Assembly: GCA_012838475.1 (NCBI GenBank)
Contig: DUPE01000195.1
Coordinates: forward strand, 15,748 to 79,747
Length of the DNA: 64,000 nucleotides
Direction of reading: 5' to 3'
From: Clostridiaceae bacterium
GTDB lineage: Bacteria > Bacillota > Clostridia > Saccharofermentanales > DTU023
Below, piece after piece: positions 37,869 to 47,564 of the stretch. Both the position numbers and the translations under genes were made by a program. A model generated the notes under the pieces. That model saw only the letters and a list, made by a program, of their open reading frames with translations. It did no database searches and was not told the origin of the DNA. Within the stretch, counting starts at the first letter, position 1. Each line of letters begins with the position of its first letter.

Positions 37869-39647
37869 ATGGAGTCAATAAATCGAGGAGAAATCATTAA
37901 GGTCTCCGGTCCTTTAATTATCGCCAAGGGCATGCGTGATGCAAACATGTATGACGTTGTTGAGGTTTCCGATAAGAGGTTGATCGGTGAAATCATTGAA
38001 ATGCACGGCGAGGAAGCTTCTATTCAGGTTTACGAAGAAACAGCCGGACTTGGTCCGGGAGAAATAGTCGTCTCCAGGGGCGCGCCTCTTTCTGTTGAGC
38101 TGGGACCTGGATTGATCAGCAGTATATACGATGGCATACAACGGCCATTAGATGTATTGGCTGCCACTGAAGGCAGTAATATTACTCGCGGTGCCTATGC
38201 CCCCGCTCTTGATAGAGAAAAAGAATGGGATTTTATAGCTCAGGTTGATGTAGGTGCTGATCTTGTAAATGGCGATGTGCTTGGTGTTGTTCAAGAAACG
38301 GATCTGCTGGAGCATCGCATTATGCTGCCGCCTAATCTGTCCGGTAGGATATTGGAGATTAATAGTGGCAGTTATAAAGTAACAGATGTTATTGGCAAAC
38401 TGGAAGATGAGAATGGCAAGATTCATGACCTGTCCTTGATGCAAAAATGGCCTGTGCGCATTGGCAGACCCTATAAGGAAAAGGTTGCTCCGGATGAACC
38501 ACTTATTACAGGACAGAGGATCATCGACACTTTCTTTCCCGTTGCTAAAGGCGGAACAGCTGCTGTGCCCGGACCTTTTGGCAGCGGCAAGACTGTAATT
38601 CAGCACCAGCTGGCAAAGTGGGCAGAAGCAGATGTTGTAGTATATATCGGCTGTGGCGAGCGCGGAAATGAAATGACTGACGTTCTCAATGAATTCCCTC
38701 AGTTGGAGGATCCCAATACCGGAGAACCACTGATGAAGCGCACGATTTTGATTGCCAATACTTCTAATATGCCCGTTGCTGCGCGTGAAGCATCAATTTA
38801 TACGGGTATAACCATTGCGGAGTATTTTAGAGATATGGGCTATGTGGTCTCCGTCATGGCCGACTCCACTTCCAGATGGGCTGAGGCCCTACGCGAGATG
38901 TCGGGTAGGTTGGAAGAGATGCCGGGTGAAGAAGGCTATCCTGCGTATCTGGGTTCACGTCTGGCGAACTTTTACGAGCGAGCCGGCATTATCAGATGTT
39001 TGGGTGCTGACCATCGTGTGGGAGTTCTCACTGCAATTGGTGCGGTATCTCCTCCCGGCGGTGACCTTTCCGACCCGGTAGCGCAGTCTACTTTGCGGAT
39101 AGTTCAAGTCTTCTGGAGTCTCGATTCAACTCTGGCATATAGACGCCATTTTCCTGCTATTAACTGGTTGACAAGTTATTCCTTGTATAGCGACAAGATG
39201 GACCGCTGGATGAACGATAATGTTACACCGAGATGGAGCACTCTGCGGCAAGATGCTATGCGCCTTCTACAAGAAGAATCAGAGTTAGAGGAAATTGTCC
39301 GCCTGATTGGGCACGATGCTCTGTCGGACGGAGACCGTCTGAAGCTTGAAGCGGCACGCTCCTTACGTGAAGACTTCCTGCATCAAAACTCTTTTGATGA
39401 TATCGATACCTTTACCTCCCTGAAGAAGCAACACAGGATGATAGAGCTTCTAATGACCTGGTATTACGAAGCACAGAAGGCTCTGGAGGCAGGCACAGAT
39501 TATACAGAAATCGCAACAATGAAAGTGCGTGATGAGTTGGCCCGACTGAAAATGGTGCCGGAGAGCCTGATTGTGGACACGGCTAAGCAGCTTTCAATGA
39601 AAATTACGAATGAGTTTGCCGCTCTTAATGTTGGAGGAAGACAATAA
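37869..39647 (+). CDS. ntpA: V-type ATPase catalytic subunit A
   Basis: P-loop GPFGSGKTV, the non-homologous insert region, and [18 protein letters not shown]. Confidence 0.95.
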   Translation: MESINRGEIIKVSGPLIIAKGMRDANMYDVVEVSDKRLIGEIIEMHGEEASIQVYEETAGLGPGEIVVSRGAPLSVELGPGLISSIYDGIQRPLDVLAATEGSNITRGAYAPALDREKEWDFIAQVDVGADLVNGDVLGVVQETDLLEHRIMLPPNLSGRILEINSGSYKVTDVIGKLEDENGKIHDLSLMQKWPVRIGRPYKEKVAPDEPLITGQRIIDTFFPVAKGGTAAVPGPFGSGKTVIQHQLAKWAEADVVVYIGCGERGNEMTDVLNEFPQLEDPNTGEPLMKRTILIANTSNMPVAAREASIYTGITIAEYFRDMGYVVSVMADSTSRWAEALREMSGRLEEMPGEEGYPAYLGSRLANFYERAGIIRCLGADHRVGVLTAIGAVSPPGGDLSDPVAQSTLRIVQVFWSLDSTLAYRRHFPAINWLTSYSLYSDKMDRWMNDNVTPRWSTLRQDAMRLLQEESELEEIVRLIGHDALSDGDRLKLEAARSLREDFLHQNSFDDIDTFTSLKKQHRMIELLMTWYYEAQKALEAGTDYTEIATMKVRDELARLKMVPESLIVDTAKQLSMKITNEFAALNVGGRQ

Positions 39648-41029
39648 TGGCTAGAGAATATCGTACGATCGAAGAAGTAGCCGGTCCTTTGATGCTGGTT
39701 CGCGGCGTCGAAAACGTTAAGTATGATGAGTTAGCGGAGATAGAGCTCCCCGGCGGTGAAGTCAGGCACTGTAAGGTCCTGGAGATTGATGGCACTGATG
39801 CTCTGGTACAGCTGTTTGAAAGCTCCATCGGAATAAATGTGGAAGCATCCAAAGTACGTTTCCTTGGCAGAGGACAGATGCTTGCTGTTTCCCGGGATAT
39901 GCTGGGCAGAGTGTTCGATGGTCTGGGAAATCCAATTGATGGCGGAGCTGCCTTGATACCGGAGGCAATGCTTGACATTAATGGTACACCCATAAATCCC
40001 GCCGCCCGTGATTATCCAAATGAATTCATACAGACCGGAGTTTCTGCCATTGATGGCTTAAACACATTGGTACGCGGTCAGAAACTGCCGATCTTTTCAG
40101 CAGCAGGTTTGCCCCATAATATGCTGGCGGCACAAATTGCCAGACAAGCCAGAGTATTAAACACGGAGGACAAGTTTGCCGTTGTTTTCGCTGCCATGGG
40201 TATTACTTTTGAAGAATCTGATTTCTTCATCAAAGACTTCAGAGAGACAGGGGCTATTGAGCGCACTGTAATGTTTATTAATCTGGCAGATGACCCTGCT
40301 ATTGAGCGCATTGCTACACCTCGTTTAGCGCTTACGGCAGCAGAGTATCTTGCTTTTGAACTGGAGATGCACGTCTTAGTCCTGATGACGGATATTACCT
40401 ATTATGCTGAGGCACTGCGAGAGATTTCCGCTGCCCGAAAAGAAGTGCCTGGCCGACGTGGTTATCCCGGTTATCTATATACTGACCTGGCTGGACTTTA
40501 TGAGAGAGCAGGCAGGAAGAAAGGCAACAAAGGCACCATTACGCTAGTGCCAATCTTGACAATGCCTGATGAAGATAAGACGCATCCGATTCCGGATCTG
40601 ACCGGCTATATTACAGAAGGTCAGGTTATCTTGAGCCGTGATCTCTACCGCAAAGGTATGCGTCCCCCCATCGACGTTCTTCCTTCTTTGTCGCGTCTTA
40701 AGGATAAGGGCATTGGCTCCGGAAAGACCAGAGAAGATCATGCCGATACGATGAATCAGCTTTTCGCTGCCTATTCCCGCGGGAAAGACGCCAAAGAACT
40801 TGAAGTGATCCTGGGCTCTGAAGCATTGTCAGACATAGACCGAGTTTATGCTAAATTCTCTGATGAGTTTGAAGAAAAATATGTTTCGCAAGGATTTAAT
40901 ACTGACCGATCTATTGAAAAAACTCTGAATATTGGCTGGGAACTATTATCAATGCTGCCCCAAAACGAGCTTAAACGTATTCATCAGCAGTTTATTGATC
41001 AGTACTACATCGAAGATCAGGAGGTTTAG
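39647..41029 (+). CDS. ntpB: V-type ATPase subunit B
   Basis: [42 protein letters not shown]. Confidence 0.95.
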   Translation: MAREYRTIEEVAGPLMLVRGVENVKYDELAEIELPGGEVRHCKVLEIDGTDALVQLFESSIGINVEASKVRFLGRGQMLAVSRDMLGRVFDGLGNPIDGGAALIPEAMLDINGTPINPAARDYPNEFIQTGVSAIDGLNTLVRGQKLPIFSAAGLPHNMLAAQIARQARVLNTEDKFAVVFAAMGITFEESDFFIKDFRETGAIERTVMFINLADDPAIERIATPRLALTAAEYLAFELEMHVLVLMTDITYYAEALREISAARKEVPGRRGYPGYLYTDLAGLYERAGRKKGNKGTITLVPILTMPDEDKTHPIPDLTGYITEGQVILSRDLYRKGMRPPIDVLPSLSRLKDKGIGSGKTREDHADTMNQLFAAYSRGKDAKELEVILGSEALSDIDRVYAKFSDEFEEKYVSQGFNTDRSIEKTLNIGWELLSMLPQNELKRIHQQFIDQYYIEDQEV

Positions 41030-41031
41030 GT

Positions 41032-41751
41032 ATGGCAAAACGTCGAGCCAATCCCAATAGAATGGAACTGCTTAAGCTGAAGAATCAGCTTAATACGGCT
41101 CGCCGCGGTCATAAGCTCCTGAAGGATAAAAGAGATGAATTGATGCGCCAGTTTCTGGAGATTGTCCGAATAACGGCGGATTTGCGTGGCGAGGTTGAGG
41201 AGCTATTAGAGAAGGCAAATCAGGAAATGGTATTAGCACGGGCTACAATGCAAACTGCTGTCGTCGAATCAGCTTTGCTCACCGGGCTGCCTCCGCTGCA
41301 GCTTGAAGTGTCTGAGATAAATACTATGGGGGTAGTGTCTCCGGTATTTGCTCTGCCCTCAACAAATAACAATGAAACTGTTGAACAGGTCGATGTAACT
41401 CGTAATATTGCTTTAGGCAGTAGTAATTTACCTTACGGCATGACGTCTGTATCCGGTGAATTAGATCAGGCAATCGATGCTTTGCGCGAGGTCTTCCCTC
41501 TGATGCTGAAATTAGCTGAAAGAGAGAATCAGGCAAGACTAATGGCGGCGGAAATTGAGAGGACGAGGCGGCGCGTTAATTCGCTTGAATATGTTTTAAT
41601 CCCGGAATTGATGGAGTTGATTTCTTCTATAACCATGAAAATGGAAGAAAATGAAAGAGCTAACCTGACTCGCCTTATGAAGGTCAAGGATATGATCGTA
41701 GAGGCAAAAATCAAATCCGGAAGGAAATACCGGACACAGACGTCTGACTGA
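41032..41751 (+). CDS. ntpD: V-type ATPase subunit D
   Basis: NPNRMELLKLKNQLNTARRGHKLLKDKRDEL is typical of subunit D. Confidence 0.9.
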   Translation: MAKRRANPNRMELLKLKNQLNTARRGHKLLKDKRDELMRQFLEIVRITADLRGEVEELLEKANQEMVLARATMQTAVVESALLTGLPPLQLEVSEINTMGVVSPVFALPSTNNNETVEQVDVTRNIALGSSNLPYGMTSVSGELDQAIDALREVFPLMLKLAERENQARLMAAEIERTRRRVNSLEYVLIPELMELISSITMKMEENERANLTRLMKVKDMIVEAKIKSGRKYRTQTSD

Positions 41752-41954
41752 TTTTCAAGGGTTAATGTTCAATAATTAGCAGCAAATCTTAATTGCGGAT
41801 ACCAGTAAAGGATCTGTATTATTATTCTATTTTCAAATTATGATTAGTTTGCTGACATATTAATGAAGCACATATTATCTGATCATGACCTTCTTTTTTT
41901 ATGAGTTGAAGACGCTTAAAACTAAATTCAGAGCGTTATTGGGAAGGATATACT

Positions 41955-43121
41955 ATGAAAATAAACAGTAATTTCTCTGGGATTTCTCTGGAAGGCGGTC
42001 TTTACGATATTTTCAATAAGACTTTGTTATTAGAGCAAGCAGGTAAGAAAATTATCCATAAGGAAATAGGGAAACCCGATTTTGACTCTCCTCCTGCTGC
42101 AAAAGAAGCGGCAAAAAAAGCATTAGATGAAGGCTTTGTCCATTATACTTCCATGATAGGCATACCGGAGCTCAGACATGCCATCGCCAAGAAAGAGAAG
42201 CTGTCAAACGGTACAGTATTTGACCCTGACAAAGAGATAATTATTACTGCGGGTGCCTGTGAGGCGATAACTTGCGCTTTGATTGTTCTCTTTGAGCCGG
42301 GTGATGAGATTATCGTTCCCAGCCCTTACTTCCCAGTCTATTATGAAAGTGCAGTCATGTTGGGTTTGAACATTGTCGAGTTTCCACTCAGCATTGATAA
42401 TGATTTTGAGATTGATACGGATAATTTGAGAGCAGCCGTCACTGACCGTACTCGAGGCATAATAATTAATACTCCTTCCAATCCAACCGGTAAGATAATC
42501 AGCCTTGAGAGCTTGAATGAGGTAGCGAATATTGCCAGGCAGAAGGATTTGATCGTGATATCGGACGAGACTTATGATCAATTTACTTTCTCGGGAGCGC
42601 ACTATAGCATACGCAATCTGAATGATATGCAGGATCGCACTATAGTAATTAATTCCGCTTCCAAAACTTTTTCTATGACAGGCTGGCGGATAGGCTATTT
42701 GATCGCCCCTGCCAGATATATTCCCTATTTGAGTAAAGCACACCAATCTTTCTCCACTTGTGCAACTTCTTTTGCTCAAAAAGGAGCTGCCGTAGCCTTT
42801 AATGACTGTCAAGACTTTACCAAAGAGATGGTCAAGGAATTCAAAGCGCGCCGTGATTTGCTCATTGACGGTCTGAGCAAACTGGAAGGTATAGAGTGCA
42901 ATAAACCTGAAGGAGCCTTTTATCTCTTCCCGCGCATTAGCAAGTTGGGAATCAGTGCGGTAGAGTTTTGTGACCTGCTGCTGGATCATGGACTTGCCAT
43001 AGCGCCGGGATCTGCTTTTGGCCGGAGCAGTGCTGATTATGTCCGCATGAGCTACGCTTGTTCTCAAGAAGATCTGCGGGAAGCAATAGACATAATTGGC
43101 AGGGTTATCGATAAACTGTGA
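41955..43121 (+). CDS. Class I/II pyridoxal-phosphate aminotransferase (aspartate/alanine aminotransferase-like)
   Basis: 388 aa. NPSNPTGK, SASKTFSMTGWRIGY (PLP lysine) and a terminal R (YVRMSY). Confidence 0.85.
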   Translation: MKINSNFSGISLEGGLYDIFNKTLLLEQAGKKIIHKEIGKPDFDSPPAAKEAAKKALDEGFVHYTSMIGIPELRHAIAKKEKLSNGTVFDPDKEIIITAGACEAITCALIVLFEPGDEIIVPSPYFPVYYESAVMLGLNIVEFPLSIDNDFEIDTDNLRAAVTDRTRGIIINTPSNPTGKIISLESLNEVANIARQKDLIVISDETYDQFTFSGAHYSIRNLNDMQDRTIVINSASKTFSMTGWRIGYLIAPARYIPYLSKAHQSFSTCATSFAQKGAAVAFNDCQDFTKEMVKEFKARRDLLIDGLSKLEGIECNKPEGAFYLFPRISKLGISAVEFCDLLLDHGLAIAPGSAFGRSSADYVRMSYACSQEDLREAIDIIGRVIDKL

Positions 43122-43154
43122 TTTCCTTGTCGGCTTCATTTTTGGGTGTCTTCA

Positions 43155-43366
43155 ACTTAGTTGTTCTTTATGGCTGAGCTGCCACGTAAGCTAAGGCCCC
43201 TTCCGGCACACCGTATTTAACACAGTTGTTTCTTTATGGCTGAGCTGTCAGCGTAAGCTAAGGCCCCTTCCGGTACACCGTATTTAACACAGTTGTTTCT
43301 TTATGGCTGAGCTGCCACGTAAGTAAAGCCCCCGCCCGGCACACCGTATTTAACTCAGCTATTTTT
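43155..43366. repeat. 66-67-bp tandem repeat of about 3.2 copies
   Basis: Units at 43155-43220, 43221-43287 and 43288-43353, plus a partial fourth. Core: agttgtttctttatggctgagctgccacgtaagctaaggccccttccggcacaccgtatttaa. Confidence 0.9.
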
Positions 43367-43530
43367 TCTTGGGGTTGTCGATTTGTTGCCAGCTTCATGT
43401 TTCCATGGGATAATATTCAGGATGCGTTCTTGAATAAGCGTAGTAGTTGTTCGGGGTACGCATAGATTGATATAGAGCCGGAAAAAGAGGAAATGGTATT
43501 TTGAGGGAGATGCTTTTTCTTCAAAACACC

Positions 43531-43602
43531 GGCAGAGATATGACAGATAACTCAACATTTTCGGGATACTGGCAGATATACGATCAGATAACTCAATATT
43601 TT
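43531..43602. promoter_or_regulatory. Two direct repeats of about 31 bp (40-bp period) upstream of arcA; candidate regulator sites
   Basis: ggcagagatatgacagataactcaacatttt (43531-43561) versus ggcagatatacgatcagataactcaatatttt (43571-43602). Confidence 0.35.
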
Positions 43603-43698
43603 TACTGTCAGCTTGCATAACTTGTGGCTCTTTGTGGCAGTTTATATGTGCCTGTGAACCGTTATAACTTAATAAGTGATTTTCCGCAGGAGGGGAAC

Positions 43699-44907
43699 AT
43701 GAGTGAGCTTACTAATATTCATGTGTATTCGGAAATTGGCAGATTAAGAAAAGTCTTGCTGCACCGGCCCGGCAAAGAGATAGATAATCTTACGCCAAGC
43801 AACAAAGAGGCCATGTTGTTTGACGATCTGCCTGATGCCATGATGGCCGGTATTGAGCACGATGCTTTTGCCGAAACTTTGCGCTCTCAAGGCGTTGAGG
43901 CAGTCTACATAGAGGAGCTGCTGGCAGATGTGCTGTCAAATATGGATGTGCGTGCCGGCTTTATCAGGGATTTTCTGACTGAGGGTGAAGTACCATCTAA
44001 AAACATTGAGCCAATGACAGAATGGTTGCTGGATTTTTCTGATTCAAAAGAGCTGGCGGATCTGCTTATTGCCGGAATTCGTAACAACAAAAAAAGCATT
44101 CCCATTTCATTGCCGGTCGCTCCTACCCATGGTCAATTGATGATCCTTGATCCTTTGCCCAACCTCTATTTTTCCCGGGATGCTTTTAGCTTTATCGGTT
44201 CGGGTGTTTCTCTGAGTACTATGTATACCAGAGTAAGACAACGTGAGACTTTGTTAGGTGATTATATTTTCCGCTATCACCCTGATTATAATAATCTGGT
44301 TCTCCATTATGACCGTAATGCACCCTATCCGCTGGAAGGCGGAGATATTCTAGTCTTGAGTGACCAAGTCCTTGCTGTTGGAATCAGTGAAAGAACTAAT
44401 ATCAGAGCGATTCAATTACTGGCGGAGAATATCTTAAACGAAGAGACGGGATTCAAGTATGTATTGGCAATTAAGATTCCGGTTAAAAGAGCTTTTATGC
44501 ACCTCGATACTGTCTTTACCATGATTGATTATGATGTTTTTACCATTCATCCCGAGATCGAAGAAGAAATTACCGTCTTTGAACTCTCAAGAGAGAATAG
44601 TGAAATTAAGATTAAATATCTGGATGAAAATCTCTCACCGATTCTTGCCAAACATCTTGAGCTTGAACAAGTGACATTGATCCCTTGCGGTGGTGGAGAT
44701 CCCATCGATGCCCAACGCGAACAGTGGAGCGATGGCTCCAATACATTAGCAGTTGCACCCGGGAAAGTCGTTGTATACAGCAGGAATCATGTCACCAACC
44801 ATATTCTGGAGGAGGCTGGAATTGAACTGCTGCGCATACCCTCCAGCGAATTATCCCGGGGAAGAGGTGGGCCACGTTGCATGTCCATGCCCATTTGGCG
44901 CGAATAA
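43699..44907 (+). CDS. arcA: Arginine deiminase
   Basis: VYSEIGRLRKVLLHRPGKE, a FMHLDTVF-type block, and the C-terminal GGPRCMSMP (catalytic Cys). AGGAGG RBS before ATG 43699; the ORF is open from 43624. Confidence 0.9.
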   Translation: MSELTNIHVYSEIGRLRKVLLHRPGKEIDNLTPSNKEAMLFDDLPDAMMAGIEHDAFAETLRSQGVEAVYIEELLADVLSNMDVRAGFIRDFLTEGEVPSKNIEPMTEWLLDFSDSKELADLLIAGIRNNKKSIPISLPVAPTHGQLMILDPLPNLYFSRDAFSFIGSGVSLSTMYTRVRQRETLLGDYIFRYHPDYNNLVLHYDRNAPYPLEGGDILVLSDQVLAVGISERTNIRAIQLLAENILNEETGFKYVLAIKIPVKRAFMHLDTVFTMIDYDVFTIHPEIEEEITVFELSRENSEIKIKYLDENLSPILAKHLELEQVTLIPCGGGDPIDAQREQWSDGSNTLAVAPGKVVVYSRNHVTNHILEEAGIELLRIPSSELSRGRGGPRCMSMPIWRE

Positions 44908-45156
44908 ATATTCAGGCTTTATAAACTTCCGCTCCTCTGGTATTATCTTAAGGGAATCATACTTTAATTATTAGCTAATTAAAGACAGATCCCCTTTGCT
45001 TCAAATGCATGTTGGTATGTAAGGATCTCCAGTTGGATCTTCTGTCAACTGATGATAAACCTGTCCTGATTTTTTGGCTTGGGATAAGATTTTTTGTGCA
45101 AAAACACAGCCAGGTCAGCGGGATATTTTGGAAGCAGTATGCTAAAATGAGAGTGT

Positions 45157-46077
45157 ATGAAAAATCATCGTATTGTGGTCGCTCTAGGCGGTAACGCATT
45201 GGGTCAGACTGCCAGTGAACAAAGCCGAATTGTCAAAACTACCGTACGTCCACTGATTGATCTAATAGAGGACGGGAATCAACTATTATTAACACACGGA
45301 AATGGCCCCCAGGTAGGGATGATCAATTTGGCATTCGAAAAAAGCGGTGATAATATTCCTTTTCCGGAATGCGGTGCCATGAGCCAGGGTTATATTGGTT
45401 ATCATTTGCAAAATGCACTTCAGACCGAAATTCTGCGTAGAAAATTATCTGTTCCTGTTGCCACAATAGTGACGCAAGTGAGAGTCGATCCTGACGACCC
45501 TGCTTTTGAAGATCCGACTAAACCTATAGGCTCTTTTTATAGTGCCGAAGCCGCTCAGCAAATTGCTCGCGAGACAGGCTGGGCTATGAAGGAAGATTCA
45601 GGAAGAGGGTGTAGACGCCATGTTCCTTCCCCTTTACCACAGGAAATTGTAGAGATAGAGACAATCAATACTTTGATTGAGGCAGGTCAACTGGTCATCG
45701 CTGCGGGCGGTGGAGGAATACCTGTTATAGCTGAAGAAGGTGGACTTAAAGGCGTGCCCGCTGTCATCGATAAAGACTTTGCCAGTGCAAAGCTGGCGGA
45801 ATTGGTTTCTGCAGATTTATTGATTATCCTGACAGCGGTTGATTATGTTTCTATAAGTTTCGGCAAACCGGAACAAGAGGATTTGCATCATGTCTCTGTC
45901 GATGAGATCAAAGAATATATCAAGGCTGGTCACTTTGCCCCGGGCAGCATGTTGCCTAAGGTAAATGCCAGCCTTTCTTTTGTTGAATCAGGTTCAAACA
46001 GAGAAGCAATTATTACTTCCTTGTCGAATGCCCAGGAGGGAGTTCGCGGGAAGAGCGGTACCAGGATTTATTGCTAG
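45157..46077 (+). CDS. arcC: Carbamate kinase
   Basis: IVVALGGNAL...THGNGPQVG...GGGGIPV. Confidence 0.9.
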   Translation: MKNHRIVVALGGNALGQTASEQSRIVKTTVRPLIDLIEDGNQLLLTHGNGPQVGMINLAFEKSGDNIPFPECGAMSQGYIGYHLQNALQTEILRRKLSVPVATIVTQVRVDPDDPAFEDPTKPIGSFYSAEAAQQIARETGWAMKEDSGRGCRRHVPSPLPQEIVEIETINTLIEAGQLVIAAGGGGIPVIAEEGGLKGVPAVIDKDFASAKLAELVSADLLIILTAVDYVSISFGKPEQEDLHHVSVDEIKEYIKAGHFAPGSMLPKVNASLSFVESGSNREAIITSLSNAQEGVRGKSGTRIYC

Positions 46078-46190
46078 ACGAGTTAGTACCAGAAATAACT
46101 TGATACGGTGCTGAGTCGTCCGGTTTAATTAAAATATATATCTGAAATATTTAGCAGATATTAAAAGAACTAGACATAAGGAGGAAAACT

Positions 46191-47564
46191 ATGCAAGAAA
46201 TCAGAGTTGGACTTTGGGGCTTCGGAGCCATGGGCAGCGGAATCGCCAAAATGATCGCGACCAAGAAGGGCGTTGTTATTACTGGCGCTTGTGACAAATG
46301 GGATGAGATCGTAGGCAAAGATATTTATGAGCTGCTGGAAATGGACAGAGGAGACAATCCTGAGGTCAAAATTACAAAAGACGAGAAAGAAGTATTCTAT
46401 CCGGGAAGCTGTGATATAGCAATTTTGGCAACAGACAGCTTTACAGAAGCACAGATGGACAAGTTAGTCTTCTGTATTGAGAATGGCATCAATGTCATCT
46501 CTACCGCTGAAGAAATGGCATGGCCGCAAGCTCAGCGTCCGGATCTGGCAAAAGAAATTGACGTACTTGCTAAAAAACATGGCGTTTCCGTATTGGGAAC
46601 AGGCATCAACCCCGGCTTCGTGCTTGACTATCTGATTCTCGCCTTGACTGGAACCTGCGAGAATGTGAACTCTATCGAAGCAGCACGTATTAATGACTTG
46701 TCTCCATTCGGCGCTGCCGTAATGCACGAGCAGGGTGTCGGCATTTCCATCGAAGAGTTCGAGAGACGTATGGCAGCTGATGATCTGGCCGGCCACGTCG
46801 GATTCCCCGAGTCTGTGGGAATGATCGCCGAAGGTATGGGTGTAAAAGTCGTTGATTCAGAGATAACCAAAGATCCGATCATTACTGAAGTTGATCGTAA
46901 ATCAAAATATGGCGAAGCGAAGAAGGGCAACCTTGCAGGCATCCGCCAGCAAGTATTCGGTCGTACCGCTGATGGCAAGACCTTTATCCACCTGGATCAT
47001 CCACAGCAGATTTTACCTGAGATGGCAAACACCGATACCGGTGACTATATCACCATTCATACCGGCGATTACGACATGAACATGAGAATTAAGCCGGAAA
47101 CTCCCGGTGGAATCGGCACTATCGCAATGTGCGTCAATATGATTCCTCAGGTTATCACAGCCAGCCCCGGACTAAAGACAATGCTTGACCTGCCGGTACC
47201 GCGCTGCATTATGGGCGACTACCGCGACCAACTGGTAACTGATCGTTTCGCCGGTTATGGTTTCAAGAAGGGCGATTATGTAGTAATCGAGGTTGAAATC
47301 TTGACTCCAGAACAGAGAGCACCTCAGATTCCTGAAGACACCAAAGAAACTTCTCTATTCGCTCTTTACAAAGGTTATCTGCAGGATGAGACCGCCAATG
47401 AAGGTGACGTAGTTACGATTAAGACAGCCATCGACCGCGAGGTCAAAGGCGTTCTGACAACACGTGATACCTCACCCACGCATACATATGGCAAGGTAGT
47501 TCCGGAACTGCAGGAAGTACATAAGAAAGTTCGTGAATTTGTGTTTGGAGGGGAAGATAAATAA
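46191..47564 (+). CDS. ord: Fusion: 2,4-diaminopentanoate dehydrogenase (Ord, ~350 aa) + 2-amino-4-ketopentanoate thiolase alpha subunit (OrtA-like, ~105 aa)
   Basis: N-terminal DapB-like Rossmann motif (VGLWGFGAMGSGI). The C-terminal segment KKGDYVVIEVEILTPEQRAPQIPEDTKE...HTYGKVVPEL...FGGE matches my recollection of OrtA. AAGGAGG RBS. Confidence 0.65.
   Translation: MQEIRVGLWGFGAMGSGIAKMIATKKGVVITGACDKWDEIVGKDIYELLEMDRGDNPEVKITKDEKEVFYPGSCDIAILATDSFTEAQMDKLVFCIENGINVISTAEEMAWPQAQRPDLAKEIDVLAKKHGVSVLGTGINPGFVLDYLILALTGTCENVNSIEAARINDLSPFGAAVMHEQGVGISIEEFERRMAADDLAGHVGFPESVGMIAEGMGVKVVDSEITKDPIITEVDRKSKYGEAKKGNLAGIRQQVFGRTADGKTFIHLDHPQQILPEMANTDTGDYITIHTGDYDMNMRIKPETPGGIGTIAMCVNMIPQVITASPGLKTMLDLPVPRCIMGDYRDQLVTDRFAGYGFKKGDYVVIEVEILTPEQRAPQIPEDTKETSLFALYKGYLQDETANEGDVVTIKTAIDREVKGVLTTRDTSPTHTYGKVVPELQEVHKKVREFVFGGEDK

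Noticed and set aside
42204-43139. 311-aa ORF on the - strand.
   Set aside because: It is entirely antisense to the aminotransferase, which has clear PLP motifs. It has no recognisable motifs or RBS and looks like a typical shadow ORF.
43355-43618. 87-aa - strand ORF upstream of arcA.
   Set aside because: It has no RBS and no recognisable domain, and it overlaps the arcA regulatory repeats. I treat the region as a promoter/operator region.
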